From assembly GCA_964594885.1 (NCBI GenBank), contig CAZQOB010000016.1, positions 8,456 through 72,455 of the forward strand: DNA of 64,000 bases, written 5' to 3'. A program made the translations under genes and the position numbers. Origin of the DNA: an uncultured Acidobacteriaceae bacterium. GTDB taxonomy: Bacteria; Acidobacteriota; Terriglobia; Acidiferrales; UBA7541. Under the pieces are notes generated by a model. The model was given only the letters and a program-made list of their open reading frames with translations, ran no database searches and was not told the DNA's origin. Shown here piece after piece: positions 55,043 to 64,000 of the stretch; position 1 is the first letter of the stretch; each line of letters opens with the position of its first letter.

Positions 55043-57037
55043 GTGTATCTGAAACTGCAGCAGGAACTGAAGCGGGCGCTTTCCGCGCACATTCGCGAAA
55101 AATATGGTGTAGAGATCTCCGTCGCCCTGGAAAGGCCGCCCAAGCTTGACCTGGGCGAAGCCGCGTCTCCCGTTTGTTTTGAGCTCGCCAAGAGGCTAAA
55201 GCGCGCTCCGCGGCAGATCGCGCAAGAGATCACTGCAAGCATTTCCCTTCCCGCAGGTATCGCTCGCATCGAAGTCGCTGGCGCAGGTTATCTCAACGCC
55301 TTTTTTGATCGCGGCGCCTTCTGGCACTTGCTTACGAGCAAGAGCGGCAGCACTGCGGTGCCAAAACACGAAAAAGTCATTGTCGAGCACACCAGCATCA
55401 ACCCCAACAAATCGGCGCACATCGGCCACCTCCGCAATGCGGTACTGGGCGACACCATCGCCCGTATCCTCCGCGACGCCGGCGAAAAGGTGCAGGTGCA
55501 GAACTACATTGACAACACCGGTGTGCAAGTCGCCGACGTCGTCATCGGCTTCCAGCACCTGGAGAAGAAATCGGTAGCTGAGGTCCGCGCGCTCGCCGCG
55601 CAACCTGGCTTCGACTACCACTGCTGGGATTTGTACGCGCGTGTAACCCAGTTCTATGAACAGGACAACGCGCAAGCGGCCGTTCTGCGTGGTGCCACCC
55701 TCAAAGCCATCGAACAGGGCCAGGACCAAGCCGCGGAAATGGGAGTCGTCGTGGCCGACGCCATCGTCGGCTTGCATCTTCGAACCATGCACCGCCTCGG
55801 GATCTCTTACGAACTGCTGGCCCGCGAAAGCGAGATTCTCCACTTGCATTTTTGGGATGCGGCTTTCGTCAAGCTGAAGGAGACCAAGACAATCGAGTTC
55901 GTCACCGAAGGCAAAATGGCCGGTTGCTGGGTGATGCGTGCGGAGAGAGGGGAAAGAACTAACACCGAACCCGCAAAGCAAAGCGCAGGAGAGAGCACGG
56001 AGAAAAACGACGAGGAGAATATTCAGGACAAGATCATCGTCCGCTCCAATGGCACCGTCACCTACGTCGGAAAGGATATCGCCTACCAGCTCTGGAAATT
56101 CGGTCTCCTGGGCAAAGACTTTCACTACAAGCGCTGGCTGAACGCACCGGCAGGCGAAACCGTCTGGACCACGACCTCCGATGCAGATGACCTCGCGGCG
56201 CCACACTTTGGCGAGCCCGCCGCGCGCGTTTACAACGTCATCGACACTCGCCAGGCCTATTTGCAAGACGTAGTCGCGCAAGGCCTGCGCGGCCTTGGTC
56301 ACGAACAAGCGGCCGGGAACTCCGTCCACTTTTCTTACGCTTTTGTCGTCCTGACTCCCCGTTGCGCCGCCGGGCTGGGCTACACGCTTTCCGCCGAAGA
56401 CGCCAAGCGTCCGTTTATTGACATGAGCGGGCGAAAAGGCTTCGGCGTCAAGGCGGACGACCTGATTAGCAAACTCGAGGAAGCCGCCTTCGCCGAAGTC
56501 GCAAGGCGCCACGCCGACATGTCCCCAGCAGAACAAAGCCAGACCGCCCACACCATCGCGGCTGGTGCGCTGCGCTTTTTCCTCCTGAAGTTCACGCGCA
56601 ACACGATCATCGCGTTCGACTTTGAAGACGCGTTGAGTTTTGAGGGCGAAACCGGGCCGTACTGCCAGTACGCGGTGGTGCGTATCCGCGGGATCCGCCG
56701 CAAAGGTGCGGAGGCGGGCCCGAGCAAAGTGAGTCCGGATGCGGCTGGGAAATTTCTGAGCGCCGCGGATGGCGCAGGTTTATGGGAACTATTGCTGCAA
56801 GCCGGAATACTGGACCACGCGAGCGACGCTGCAATCGCCGCGCAAGAACCGGCCTTCGTAGCCAAGTACGCCTTCCAGCTCGCACAAGCCTTCAACAACT
56901 TCTACCACAAGCACCACATCCTCTCGGAACCGGAGGCCGAAAAGCGTGCCTTTCTCCTCGCTTTGACGGAAATCGTCGAAAAGCAGCTGGTTCGCGCGCT
57001 GGCCCTGCTCGGCATCGACGCGCCAGAAAAAATGTAG
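55043..57037 (+). CDS. argS: Arginyl-tRNA synthetase
   Basis: VEHTSINPNKSAHIGHLRNAVLGD, RSNGTVTY, MSGRKG, FEGETGPYCQYA, C-terminal PEKM. Confidence 0.96.
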   Translation: MYLKLQQELKRALSAHIREKYGVEISVALERPPKLDLGEAASPVCFELAKRLKRAPRQIAQEITASISLPAGIARIEVAGAGYLNAFFDRGAFWHLLTSKSGSTAVPKHEKVIVEHTSINPNKSAHIGHLRNAVLGDTIARILRDAGEKVQVQNYIDNTGVQVADVVIGFQHLEKKSVAEVRALAAQPGFDYHCWDLYARVTQFYEQDNAQAAVLRGATLKAIEQGQDQAAEMGVVVADAIVGLHLRTMHRLGISYELLARESEILHLHFWDAAFVKLKETKTIEFVTEGKMAGCWVMRAERGERTNTEPAKQSAGESTEKNDEENIQDKIIVRSNGTVTYVGKDIAYQLWKFGLLGKDFHYKRWLNAPAGETVWTTTSDADDLAAPHFGEPAARVYNVIDTRQAYLQDVVAQGLRGLGHEQAAGNSVHFSYAFVVLTPRCAAGLGYTLSAEDAKRPFIDMSGRKGFGVKADDLISKLEEAAFAEVARRHADMSPAEQSQTAHTIAAGALRFFLLKFTRNTIIAFDFEDALSFEGETGPYCQYAVVRIRGIRRKGAEAGPSKVSPDAAGKFLSAADGAGLWELLLQAGILDHASDAAIAAQEPAFVAKYAFQLAQAFNNFYHKHHILSEPEAEKRAFLLALTEIVEKQLVRALALLGIDAPEKM

Positions 57038-57076
57038 CTGCACAGATTCGGTCTTTCAGCAGCTGACTTCCGCTGC

Positions 57077-58081
57077 CTACTGGGGCTTGACGTGAGCCAT
57101 CAAGCCGGCGCGATATTCCTTGAGGTTACTCTTGTCCACGACCACCGTGCCGGTATCCACGAAAACAGGCATCGGCGACGTCAGGGCCGATCGCCAATCT
57201 TTGGATTGCTGCACGGCATTATGATGCAAGTCATCGAGCAGCTTTAACGCGTAGTAGCTCATGACGTAGGGCTTTTGCGCGATGGTCGCGGCGATCACGC
57301 CCTGCTCAATCCAGTCCAGAGTCTCCGGATCATCGTCAAACGCCACGATGGGCATCTTGCTTTCCATTCCCAGGCGATGGAGCGTTTCCGCAGCTCCCGA
57401 GCCACCGGTCGCCTCCAAGCAAATGATGCCGTCTATTTTTTCTTTCTTCTGCACCAAATCGGCGACCTGGTCCGCCGCGCCTTTCGCTTCTCCTTTGTCA
57501 TCCAGGATCTTTGTCAACTTGAGTGCCGGATAATTTTTCAAAGCGTCCACGACGCCCGCGACTCGCTCGTCCAGATTGCTCTGCCCCTCAATGGTGATGA
57601 CCGCGATGTTTCCTTTGTCGGAGAGTAGCGTGGCCATGCGCTTGAGGCTCTCGCGTCCGGCTTTCAGGTTATCGGTTCCGATGTACAACACGCGCTTCGA
57701 ACGTGGCACATCTGCATCCACGCAAATAACCGGGATTCCCCTGGCGATAGCCTGGTCAATCGCTGCCTGGAAAATTTCGGGGCGTCCAGCGGAAAGGCAA
57801 ATTCCGGCGGGATTTTGATCCAGCACCTGTTGGAAGGCTCCGAGTTCGGCGTGCGGCTGATAGCCCTCCGGCCCAACCAGTTCGGCTTTTACGCCCGCCG
57901 CGTTGGCCGCGTCCAGCAATCCCGCTTCAGCGTTCTGCCAGTACGGCAACTTAACGTTGGTCGCCACGAACACATAGCGTTCATTCGAGTCGTGGTACGG
58001 CTTTGTGCACGAACCAATCAGCATTGCTCCACAAAGAAAAAAAACGGACACCAGCGTCGCTCTGAATGGCCTCATGGGCAT
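57077..58081 (-). CDS. Sugar ABC-type substrate-binding lipoprotein (RbsB-like), orphan
   Basis: Lipobox-like LIGSC; YIGTDN..AG, AFDD, TIAQKPY.M, VDTG. Confidence 0.88.
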   Translation of the reverse strand: MPMRPFRATLVSVFFLCGAMLIGSCTKPYHDSNERYVFVATNVKLPYWQNAEAGLLDAANAAGVKAELVGPEGYQPHAELGAFQQVLDQNPAGICLSAGRPEIFQAAIDQAIARGIPVICVDADVPRSKRVLYIGTDNLKAGRESLKRMATLLSDKGNIAVITIEGQSNLDERVAGVVDALKNYPALKLTKILDDKGEAKGAADQVADLVQKKEKIDGIICLEATGGSGAAETLHRLGMESKMPIVAFDDDPETLDWIEQGVIAATIAQKPYVMSYYALKLLDDLHHNAVQQSKDWRSALTSPMPVFVDTGTVVVDKSNLKEYRAGLMAHVKPQ

Positions 58082-58259
58082 ACTCCTTTTCGCATCCTGT
58101 GCGGCCTGTTCGGGTATTCCCCCCCCGGCTGGATGAATTTGCTTTGGATGGGTCCCTTGCTGCCCAGCTGAGCCTAGGGTCGCAGCTCACCCAGGGGAGA
58201 CCTTAGGCCGCTGCTTGTCTCCTGTCAATCTTCCAGGGGACAAATGGGGCGGTTGAGAA

Positions 58260-58886
58260 TCAGTTGTCGCCGGGATTGGCGGCTTTGAAGACCATGGCAG
58301 CCGCCGCGGCAGCAAGGAACTCAGCAACCCAATAAATCCAGATGCTGGACCAGGAGACCAAGCCCATCGCGGAGATGCCGGCCGCCACGGCCGGATTGAA
58401 CGCGCCGCCGGAAATGTTGCCTACCGCGAAGGCGCCGGTCATGACGGTAAACCCGATCGCGAGGCCGTAGAACGAGTTTCCCGAGGTGTCTTTGGCGGTG
58501 GCGACGTTCAGCACTACATAGACCAGAGCGAAGGTGAACAAGAATTCGGAGAGCAGCGCGGGAACCGTGTCGAGGCTCATCGGCGTTACGGCGGAGCCAG
58601 CCTTCAGATATTTCACCGCCAGCGCAGCGACCACAGCTGCGACGATTTGCGAAATCATGTAGGGTGCGACGTGCTTGGTTTCGCACTTGCCGCGCATCCA
58701 GACGCCGAGCGTGACCGCCGGGTTGTAATGGCCGCCTGAGATGTGGCCTCCGGCAAAGATCATCACCATTAGCGACGAGCCGATGGCGATTGGTGCGAGA
58801 GGGCCCGCTCCGCTTCCGATGACCGTGCAGCCGATAGTGAACACCAGAAAGAATGTGCCGATGAATTCAGTGACATATTTCATCAT
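58260..58886 (-). CDS. Aquaporin (MIP family)
   Basis: EFIGTFFLV, ISGGHYNPAVT, ISGGAFNPAV; GAGGAGG RBS. Confidence 0.95.
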   Translation of the reverse strand: MMKYVTEFIGTFFLVFTIGCTVIGSGAGPLAPIAIGSSLMVMIFAGGHISGGHYNPAVTLGVWMRGKCETKHVAPYMISQIVAAVVAALAVKYLKAGSAVTPMSLDTVPALLSEFLFTFALVYVVLNVATAKDTSGNSFYGLAIGFTVMTGAFAVGNISGGAFNPAVAAGISAMGLVSWSSIWIYWVAEFLAAAAAAMVFKAANPGDN

Positions 58887-58963
58887 CAGGCCTCCTCGGT
58901 ACATACAGAAGTGGGCGCCCCCGCAGGAAAGCGAACATTTCGCCGTTGGGCAGCGAGTCTATC

Positions 58964-59290
58964 TCAAACGCCGTGGACGGTAAACAGGAAGCGGCCAGAC
59001 TTTAGTTTCCGATGCTGGCTGGGCAATTGAAGGCCGGGCTTTTCACCGTTGTGCTCGCTGCGCCGGTCCTCATTGAACTCCTCGTCGCTCCAAGTATCAA
59101 CGACAACGCGCAAACGGTTCCCTTGATTGACCGCAAAATATAACCGACTGAACGGAAAGGTGAGTGTAGCGCTGCTTCTAGGACAAGTTTGTACTCCAGA
59201 CGCCGTTTTGAGTGGTGGCGCACCGAGAACTCCGTGCGAGGTTCGCAGTTTTGCGCGGTGCCAGGCTTGGCCAGAATAGATTTCCGGCAT
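58964..59290 (-). CDS. Possible small hypothetical protein or gene remnant
   Basis: 108-aa ORF with GAGGA RBS 5-6 nt before the ATG; no recognisable motif. Confidence 0.3.
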   Translation of the reverse strand: MPEIYSGQAWHRAKLRTSHGVLGAPPLKTASGVQTCPRSSATLTFPFSRLYFAVNQGNRLRVVVDTWSDEEFNEDRRSEHNGEKPGLQLPSQHRKLKSGRFLFTVHGV

Positions 59291-59362
59291 ACTAGTCCTC
59301 GGCGTACGGGATAAGTCGCAAAACCGGAATCTGTGGCAACAAACCTCCGCGAAGTCCGGCGG

Positions 59363-60850
59363 CTACAAGTTCTGGACGAGGTGGACGAGGGTGCGCAGGC
59401 CAACTCCGGTGGGACCTTTGGCCAGCCAGGGCTTGGCGTCGTCGTTCCAGGCGGTACCGGCGATGTCGAGGTGGATCCACGGTGTGTCGCCGGCAAATTC
59501 GCGGATAAACCACGCTCCCGTGATGGAGCCACCGCCCTTGCCGCTGCCGATGTTCTGAAGGTCGGCGAAGCTGCCCTTGATGAGTTCGCGATACTCGTCA
59601 TCCATGGGGAGCTGCCACATTTTCTCACCAGTGGCCTTGGCGCTGGCGAGAAGCTTATCGGTCCAGGGCTGATCATTAGAGAAGACGCCAACGTTGATGT
59701 TGGCCAGAGCAACGACGATCGCGCCGGTCAGGGTAGCAGCATCCACGATGCGCGTGACGCCGAGCTGCTTGGCGTAAGTGATGGCATCGGCAAGGATCAG
59801 GCGGCCCTCGGCATCGGTGTTGAGCACTTCGATGGTTTTGCCGGACATGGCGGTTTGAATGTCGCCGGGCTTTTGCGCTCTGCCCCCGGGCATATTTTCG
59901 GTAGCGGGCACTACGCAGATCACCTTGACATTTGGCCTGAGCGCGGCGATCGCGCGAATTGCGCCAAGCATGGTCGCGCCGCCGGCCATGTCGTACTTCA
60001 TTTTTTCCATACCGTCGGCGGGCTTGATGGAAATGCCGCCGGTGTCGAAGGTGACGGCTTTGCCCACTAGGCCAATGACGGGAGCGTCGGCCTTGGCGTT
60101 GCCCGGCGTGTAGGTCACAACGATAACGCGCGGCGGCTCGCTGCTGCCTTGTGCCACGCTGAGTAGGGCTCCCATCTTCAAGTCGGCGATGCGCTTTTCG
60201 TCGAGGACATCAATGGCGAGCCCGGATTCTTTTGCCATGGCCCCTGCTTTTTCGGCAAGAATGCGAGGCGTGAGCTTGTTGGAAGGCTCGTTCACCAGGT
60301 CGCGAGTGAAATTCTGCGCGTCCGCGAGAACCTTACCCCGGGCAATTCCCTTCTGAATGTCGGCCAGTGCGTTCTCAGGGAAACCGATCAGCGCAACGGT
60401 TTCGATCCTTTTGTCTTTCTTCTCCGTCTTGTATTTGTCGGTTTCAAAATCAGCGTTGAGGAGCCCTTCGACGATGGCTTGCGAGCCGTGTTCGGGTGGG
60501 AGTGTGCCTCCGGCGACGAACGCGAACGTCTTCAAACCCTTAGCCTTAAGGGAACGGAGCGCCGCGCCAGCAACTTTACGGAGCGTGGCGACGTTGAACT
60601 GGTCGCGCTTGCCCGCCCCGACCAGGAGCAGCCGCGCGGCCTTAAGGCCAGCGGGAGCATGAATCAGTGTGAACTCGAGCGTCTTGCCAGTCAGTTCGCC
60701 AGTCGTGGCGAGCTTCTTGAGCAGGCCGCAGGTAAGCTGATCCAGTTCCGCGGCGCGGCCCTGAATCGGGTCGTCGCCTTCGAAGACCGGCGTAACCAGG
60801 GCTTCGGTCTCAAATGAGGCGTAGGGTTTGGTTTCGAGCAGGATTTGCAT
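59363..60850 (-). CDS. pepA: Leucyl aminopeptidase (M17)
   Basis: GKAVTFDTGGISIKP, MKYDMAG, NTDAEGRLILAD, HLDIAG. Confidence 0.97.
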   Translation of the reverse strand: MQILLETKPYASFETEALVTPVFEGDDPIQGRAAELDQLTCGLLKKLATTGELTGKTLEFTLIHAPAGLKAARLLLVGAGKRDQFNVATLRKVAGAALRSLKAKGLKTFAFVAGGTLPPEHGSQAIVEGLLNADFETDKYKTEKKDKRIETVALIGFPENALADIQKGIARGKVLADAQNFTRDLVNEPSNKLTPRILAEKAGAMAKESGLAIDVLDEKRIADLKMGALLSVAQGSSEPPRVIVVTYTPGNAKADAPVIGLVGKAVTFDTGGISIKPADGMEKMKYDMAGGATMLGAIRAIAALRPNVKVICVVPATENMPGGRAQKPGDIQTAMSGKTIEVLNTDAEGRLILADAITYAKQLGVTRIVDAATLTGAIVVALANINVGVFSNDQPWTDKLLASAKATGEKMWQLPMDDEYRELIKGSFADLQNIGSGKGGGSITGAWFIREFAGDTPWIHLDIAGTAWNDDAKPWLAKGPTGVGLRTLVHLVQNL

Positions 60851-60907
60851 TAAGAGAGTTCTCCTTGATGGTCGAGCTAAATACTATTGCAAATTTTCCA
60901 CGCGGGC

Positions 60908-61417
60908 CTACCGGCGGCGATTGCGGTACATCGCGGTTTCCGCTTCCCGCCGGGCTTCCTTGTTGCGCTCGTCCTGGCGGCGGTCCCACGACTTTTTGCC
61001 TTGGGCCAGGGCGATTTCGCATTTGGCGATACCGTCGCGGAAGTAGATCCGCAAGGGAATGACCGTTAAGCCCTTGTTCTGAGTACGGGTGGCCCATTTT
61101 AGGATTTCGTTCTTGTGAAGGAGGAGCTTGCGGTTGCCGAGCGGCTCGTGGTTCCACGGCCCCCCTGCCATATATTGGGCAATGTGGGCGTTGATCAGCC
61201 ATGGGCCGGAGGGCTTAAAGTCCACAAAGGCGTCGCGAATGTTGGCTTTGCCTTCCCGGAGGGCTTTCACTTCAGTGCCGTGCAGCACCAGGCCAGCTTC
61301 GAGGCGTTCGAGAAGATGGTAGTTGTAGCTCGCCGCGCGATTTTGTGCGACGATCTGTTCACCCTTCTTGTTGGTCCCCCGAGCGGGCGACGCAGGCTTT
61401 TTGGCGGCTTTGGTCAC
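60908..61417 (-). CDS. smpB: SsrA-binding protein
   Basis: NRAASYNY, EAGLVLHGTEVKALR, RKLLLHKNEI, GKKSWDRR. Confidence 0.96.
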   Translation of the reverse strand: MTKAAKKPASPARGTNKKGEQIVAQNRAASYNYHLLERLEAGLVLHGTEVKALREGKANIRDAFVDFKPSGPWLINAHIAQYMAGGPWNHEPLGNRKLLLHKNEILKWATRTQNKGLTVIPLRIYFRDGIAKCEIALAQGKKSWDRRQDERNKEARREAETAMYRNRRR

Positions 61418-61555
61418 AGCCCTTTACTATAACATTGCTGGCAAAGGCAGTTACCGATAGCCGGGCGGCCAACCCAAGAGTTCTTGTCGGCCCTCTAAGC
61501 CAATGCTACAGTGAGGAAGAATTTTGTCGAGATTAGTTCAGGTAACGGAGAACCC

Positions 61556-63922
61556 ATGCGGCGCTGGCAGACAGTGATTCTGTGTGTGGGTGCGGTGCTG
61601 CTGGCGTCTGGCTGCCCGAAGGGTGGGCAACAGTACAAGGCTGGGCAAAAAGCAGAAAACCTTAAAGATCTAGACTCGGCGCTGCAGTTCTACCAAAAAG
61701 CATTAGACTCCGATCCGCGCAATGCGGCCTACCGGATCAAGCTGGATCAGGTCCGCTTCGAGGCCAGCGAATTTCACATCAAGAAGGGCGTGGCGCTGCG
61801 GGAAAGCGGCGACCTGCAGGGGGCCGCGGCGGAATTCCAACGGGCTTCAACGATAGACCCTTCCAGCCCGATTGCGCTGCAAGAGCTGAAGGCCACACTG
61901 GACCAGATTAACGAAGCTGCTCGGAAACAGGACGAAGCGGCGGCTTCGATTGAGGAACCGGAAGCTAGCGGTCTTGCCCAGGGAGCGCCCGAGCTAAAGC
62001 CGCTTTCGAATGCTCCGATCACGCTGAGCATGACGACTGATGTGAAGATGATTTTTGACACGATCGGTAAATTAGCGGGTGTCACGATCGTTTATGAGCC
62101 GGACTTCCCCGCCCGGCGGTTCCACTACGAAGTGAACAACGCCACGCTCCAACAGGCACTGGAAATCGCTTGCGTGCAGAGCAAATCGTTCTGGAAGCCG
62201 GTAACGGAAAACATCATTTTCGTTGCGCAGGATACAACGCAGAAACACAAGGACTACGACGAACAGCTGGTGGAGACGTTCTACCTGTCGAACACTGTGC
62301 AATCGCAGGACTTGACTGAAATTGCCAACGGCTTGCGGCAGGTGCTCAACCTCACCAAAGTGCAGCAGTTGAATTCGCAGATGGCGATTGTCGTTCGTGA
62401 TACTGCCGACAAGCTGGCGATTGCGCGCAAGCTGCTGAAGGACATTGACAAGGCCAAGCCCGAGGTGGTCGTTCAGGTCGAAGTGCTTTCGGCAAGCACG
62501 GACCGGCTCCGGGATTTAGGCGTACTCCCGGGACAGAATGCGTCGATCGCATTCCAGGCGCCGGGAACGAGCACCACTTCCGGCAGCGGTGGCTCAACCA
62601 CCGGTGGGAGCACCTCTGCTACTAACTCCATCCCCCTCAAGGGCTTTCATTTCGGCGTATCGGATTACAACGTCACGCTGCCGGGTGCCACGGCGAATTT
62701 TGTCCTGACCGATACCAACACCAAGATCATCCAGAATCCTGAGATTCGCTCGGTGGATGGTCAGCCCGCAAAGCTGCGCATCGGTAGCCGTGTGCCCATT
62801 GCCACCGGCAGCTTCCAGGCGGGTGTAGGCGTGGGTACTACGGCAGTGAACCCGCTGGTGAACACCCAGTTTACTTATCTGGATGTCGGCGTGAATGTGG
62901 ATATCACGCCGCGCGTGCACCCGAACCATGAAGTGAGCTTGAAAGTGTCGATCGAAGTTTCCCAGGTTACCGGTACGGCTGCGATTGGGGGCATCAACCA
63001 GCCAATCATCGGTCAAACGAAGATTGATCACGACATCCGGCTTCGCGAAGGCGAAGTAAACATTCTGGGCGGGTTGTTCAACCGGGTGGATTCAAAAATT
63101 GTGAACGGCTGGCCGGGACTGGCGCAGGTCCCGTTCATCAAATACCTGACCGCGGACAACAAGGTGGACCATCAGGAGAGCGATGTTCTGATCGTACTGA
63201 TTCCGCACATCGTGCGCCTGCCGGATTGGACCAAGGCCAATCTGCGGCCTGTGGCTTCGGGGCCGGAACAGAACATCGTCACGCGGCGCGAGAGCGCAAT
63301 GCGTACGCCCTCGCAGTCGCAACCTGCAACAGCCGCGCCGCAGCAACAGCCAGCGGCTCAACAAGCGCCTGCTCAGCAGGTTCCAGCACCGCAGACACCG
63401 GATCAGCAAGCTCCAGCCCAACAGCAACCTCTTGCTGCAGTCCCGCCGCCGAATGGTGCAGGCGCGGCACCGAACGGGCCGGGCGCAGCAGCTGCCACGT
63501 CTGCAGCACGGCTGCGGTTTGATCCGAACAGCGCAAGTTTGGCGCCGGGACAAACGGCAACGCTCGGTATTTCGGTGGACAACGTCACCGATCTCTACTC
63601 GATCCCAATGATTCTGCAGTACGACCCTGCGGTAGTCAGCGTCGAAGAGCTACAACAGGGCGGGTTTCTCTCGAGCGGGAACCAAGAGATTGCGCTCGTA
63701 CAGCGCGTGGACAAGGAAAAGGGCCAGGCGATGGTCGCGGCGACGCGGCAGCCGAATACACCGGGCGTGACCGGGAGCGGAACGCTGCTCGGAGTAGTCA
63801 TCAAAGCGCTGGCGCCCGGAAAAACCAGACTCTCAATTGTGCAGGTCAATGCCCGCGACTCCCAGCAAAAGCCATTGACGCTGTTGACCGGCGAAGCGTC
63901 AATCGAAGTAAAGCCGCAGTAG
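61556..63922 (+). CDS. Type II secretion secretin (GspD-like) lipoprotein with N-terminal TPR and C-terminal cohesin-like domain
   Basis: Lipobox LLASGC; IDKAKPEVVVQVEVL, PAKLRIGSRVP, YLDVGVNVDITPRVH, PGLAQVPFIKYL; C-terminal LQYDPAVV...GVTGSGTL. Confidence 0.88.
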   Translation: MRRWQTVILCVGAVLLASGCPKGGQQYKAGQKAENLKDLDSALQFYQKALDSDPRNAAYRIKLDQVRFEASEFHIKKGVALRESGDLQGAAAEFQRASTIDPSSPIALQELKATLDQINEAARKQDEAAASIEEPEASGLAQGAPELKPLSNAPITLSMTTDVKMIFDTIGKLAGVTIVYEPDFPARRFHYEVNNATLQQALEIACVQSKSFWKPVTENIIFVAQDTTQKHKDYDEQLVETFYLSNTVQSQDLTEIANGLRQVLNLTKVQQLNSQMAIVVRDTADKLAIARKLLKDIDKAKPEVVVQVEVLSASTDRLRDLGVLPGQNASIAFQAPGTSTTSGSGGSTTGGSTSATNSIPLKGFHFGVSDYNVTLPGATANFVLTDTNTKIIQNPEIRSVDGQPAKLRIGSRVPIATGSFQAGVGVGTTAVNPLVNTQFTYLDVGVNVDITPRVHPNHEVSLKVSIEVSQVTGTAAIGGINQPIIGQTKIDHDIRLREGEVNILGGLFNRVDSKIVNGWPGLAQVPFIKYLTADNKVDHQESDVLIVLIPHIVRLPDWTKANLRPVASGPEQNIVTRRESAMRTPSQSQPATAAPQQQPAAQQAPAQQVPAPQTPDQQAPAQQQPLAAVPPPNGAGAAPNGPGAAAATSAARLRFDPNSASLAPGQTATLGISVDNVTDLYSIPMILQYDPAVVSVEELQQGGFLSSGNQEIALVQRVDKEKGQAMVAATRQPNTPGVTGSGTLLGVVIKALAPGKTRLSIVQVNARDSQQKPLTLLTGEASIEVKPQ

Positions 63923-63956
63923 GGCGAAGCAGCAAAGTTCGTTCGTCAAGTCCACT

Positions 63957-64000
63957 ATGAGGCGCATTCGAAACAGGGCGGCGCGGAGGAAATCCGAAGC
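63957..64000 (+). CDS. Start of a probable prepilin/pseudopilin gene (partial)
   Basis: MRRIRNRAARRKSE.., a basic leader just after the secretin; the cleavage motif is outside the window. Confidence 0.4.
   Translation, partial: MRRIRNRAARRKSE

Noticed and set aside
55196-56551. Long antisense ORFs (451 aa opposite argS; also 19824-20837, 23871-24935, 13527-14570)
   Set aside because: Shadow ORFs of high-GC coding strands, each overlapping a clearly identified gene.
58890-61500. tmRNA (ssrA) near smpB
   Set aside because: A minus-strand CCACCA at about 59213-59218 lacks a T-arm GTTCRA and a matching GGGG 5' end; no tag reading frame seen.

Overview
Bacterial chromosomal DNA, GC-rich and gene-dense; gene content and order look like Acidobacteria (inference). 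Most of the window is housekeeping: bamD, a RomR-like response regulator, valS-nadC-birA-coaX, rlmD, an LPS core/lipid A operon, pcrA, purS, glmS, larE, larC, metG, tatD, argS, pepA, smpB and a type II secretion secretin. The first 10 kb is accessory and holds the most unusual material. (1) An ORF-free, purine-rich transcription unit of about 690 nt on the minus strand (about 8217 to 7528) has its own sigma70-like promoter and intrinsic terminator, about 10 GNRA-capped hairpins built from one repeated module, 14-nt direct repeats near both ends, and a trio of DnaA-box-like 9-mers upstream. This candidate large structured ncRNA is my best pick for an undescribed system. (2) Next to it is a signal-peptide-bearing peroxiredoxin with UGA at the catalytic position and a SECIS-like hairpin, a likely selenoprotein that the ORF track splits in two. 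(3) A complete 2199-bp IS1595-family element (24-bp inverted repeats, 8-bp target duplication) carries an unknown membrane passenger gene and a small antisense ORF. Elsewhere there are a collapsed comEC pseudogene, an ICMT-family methyltransferase coupled to the LPS operon and several apparently leaderless genes. All calls come from reading motifs by eye; no database searches were run.
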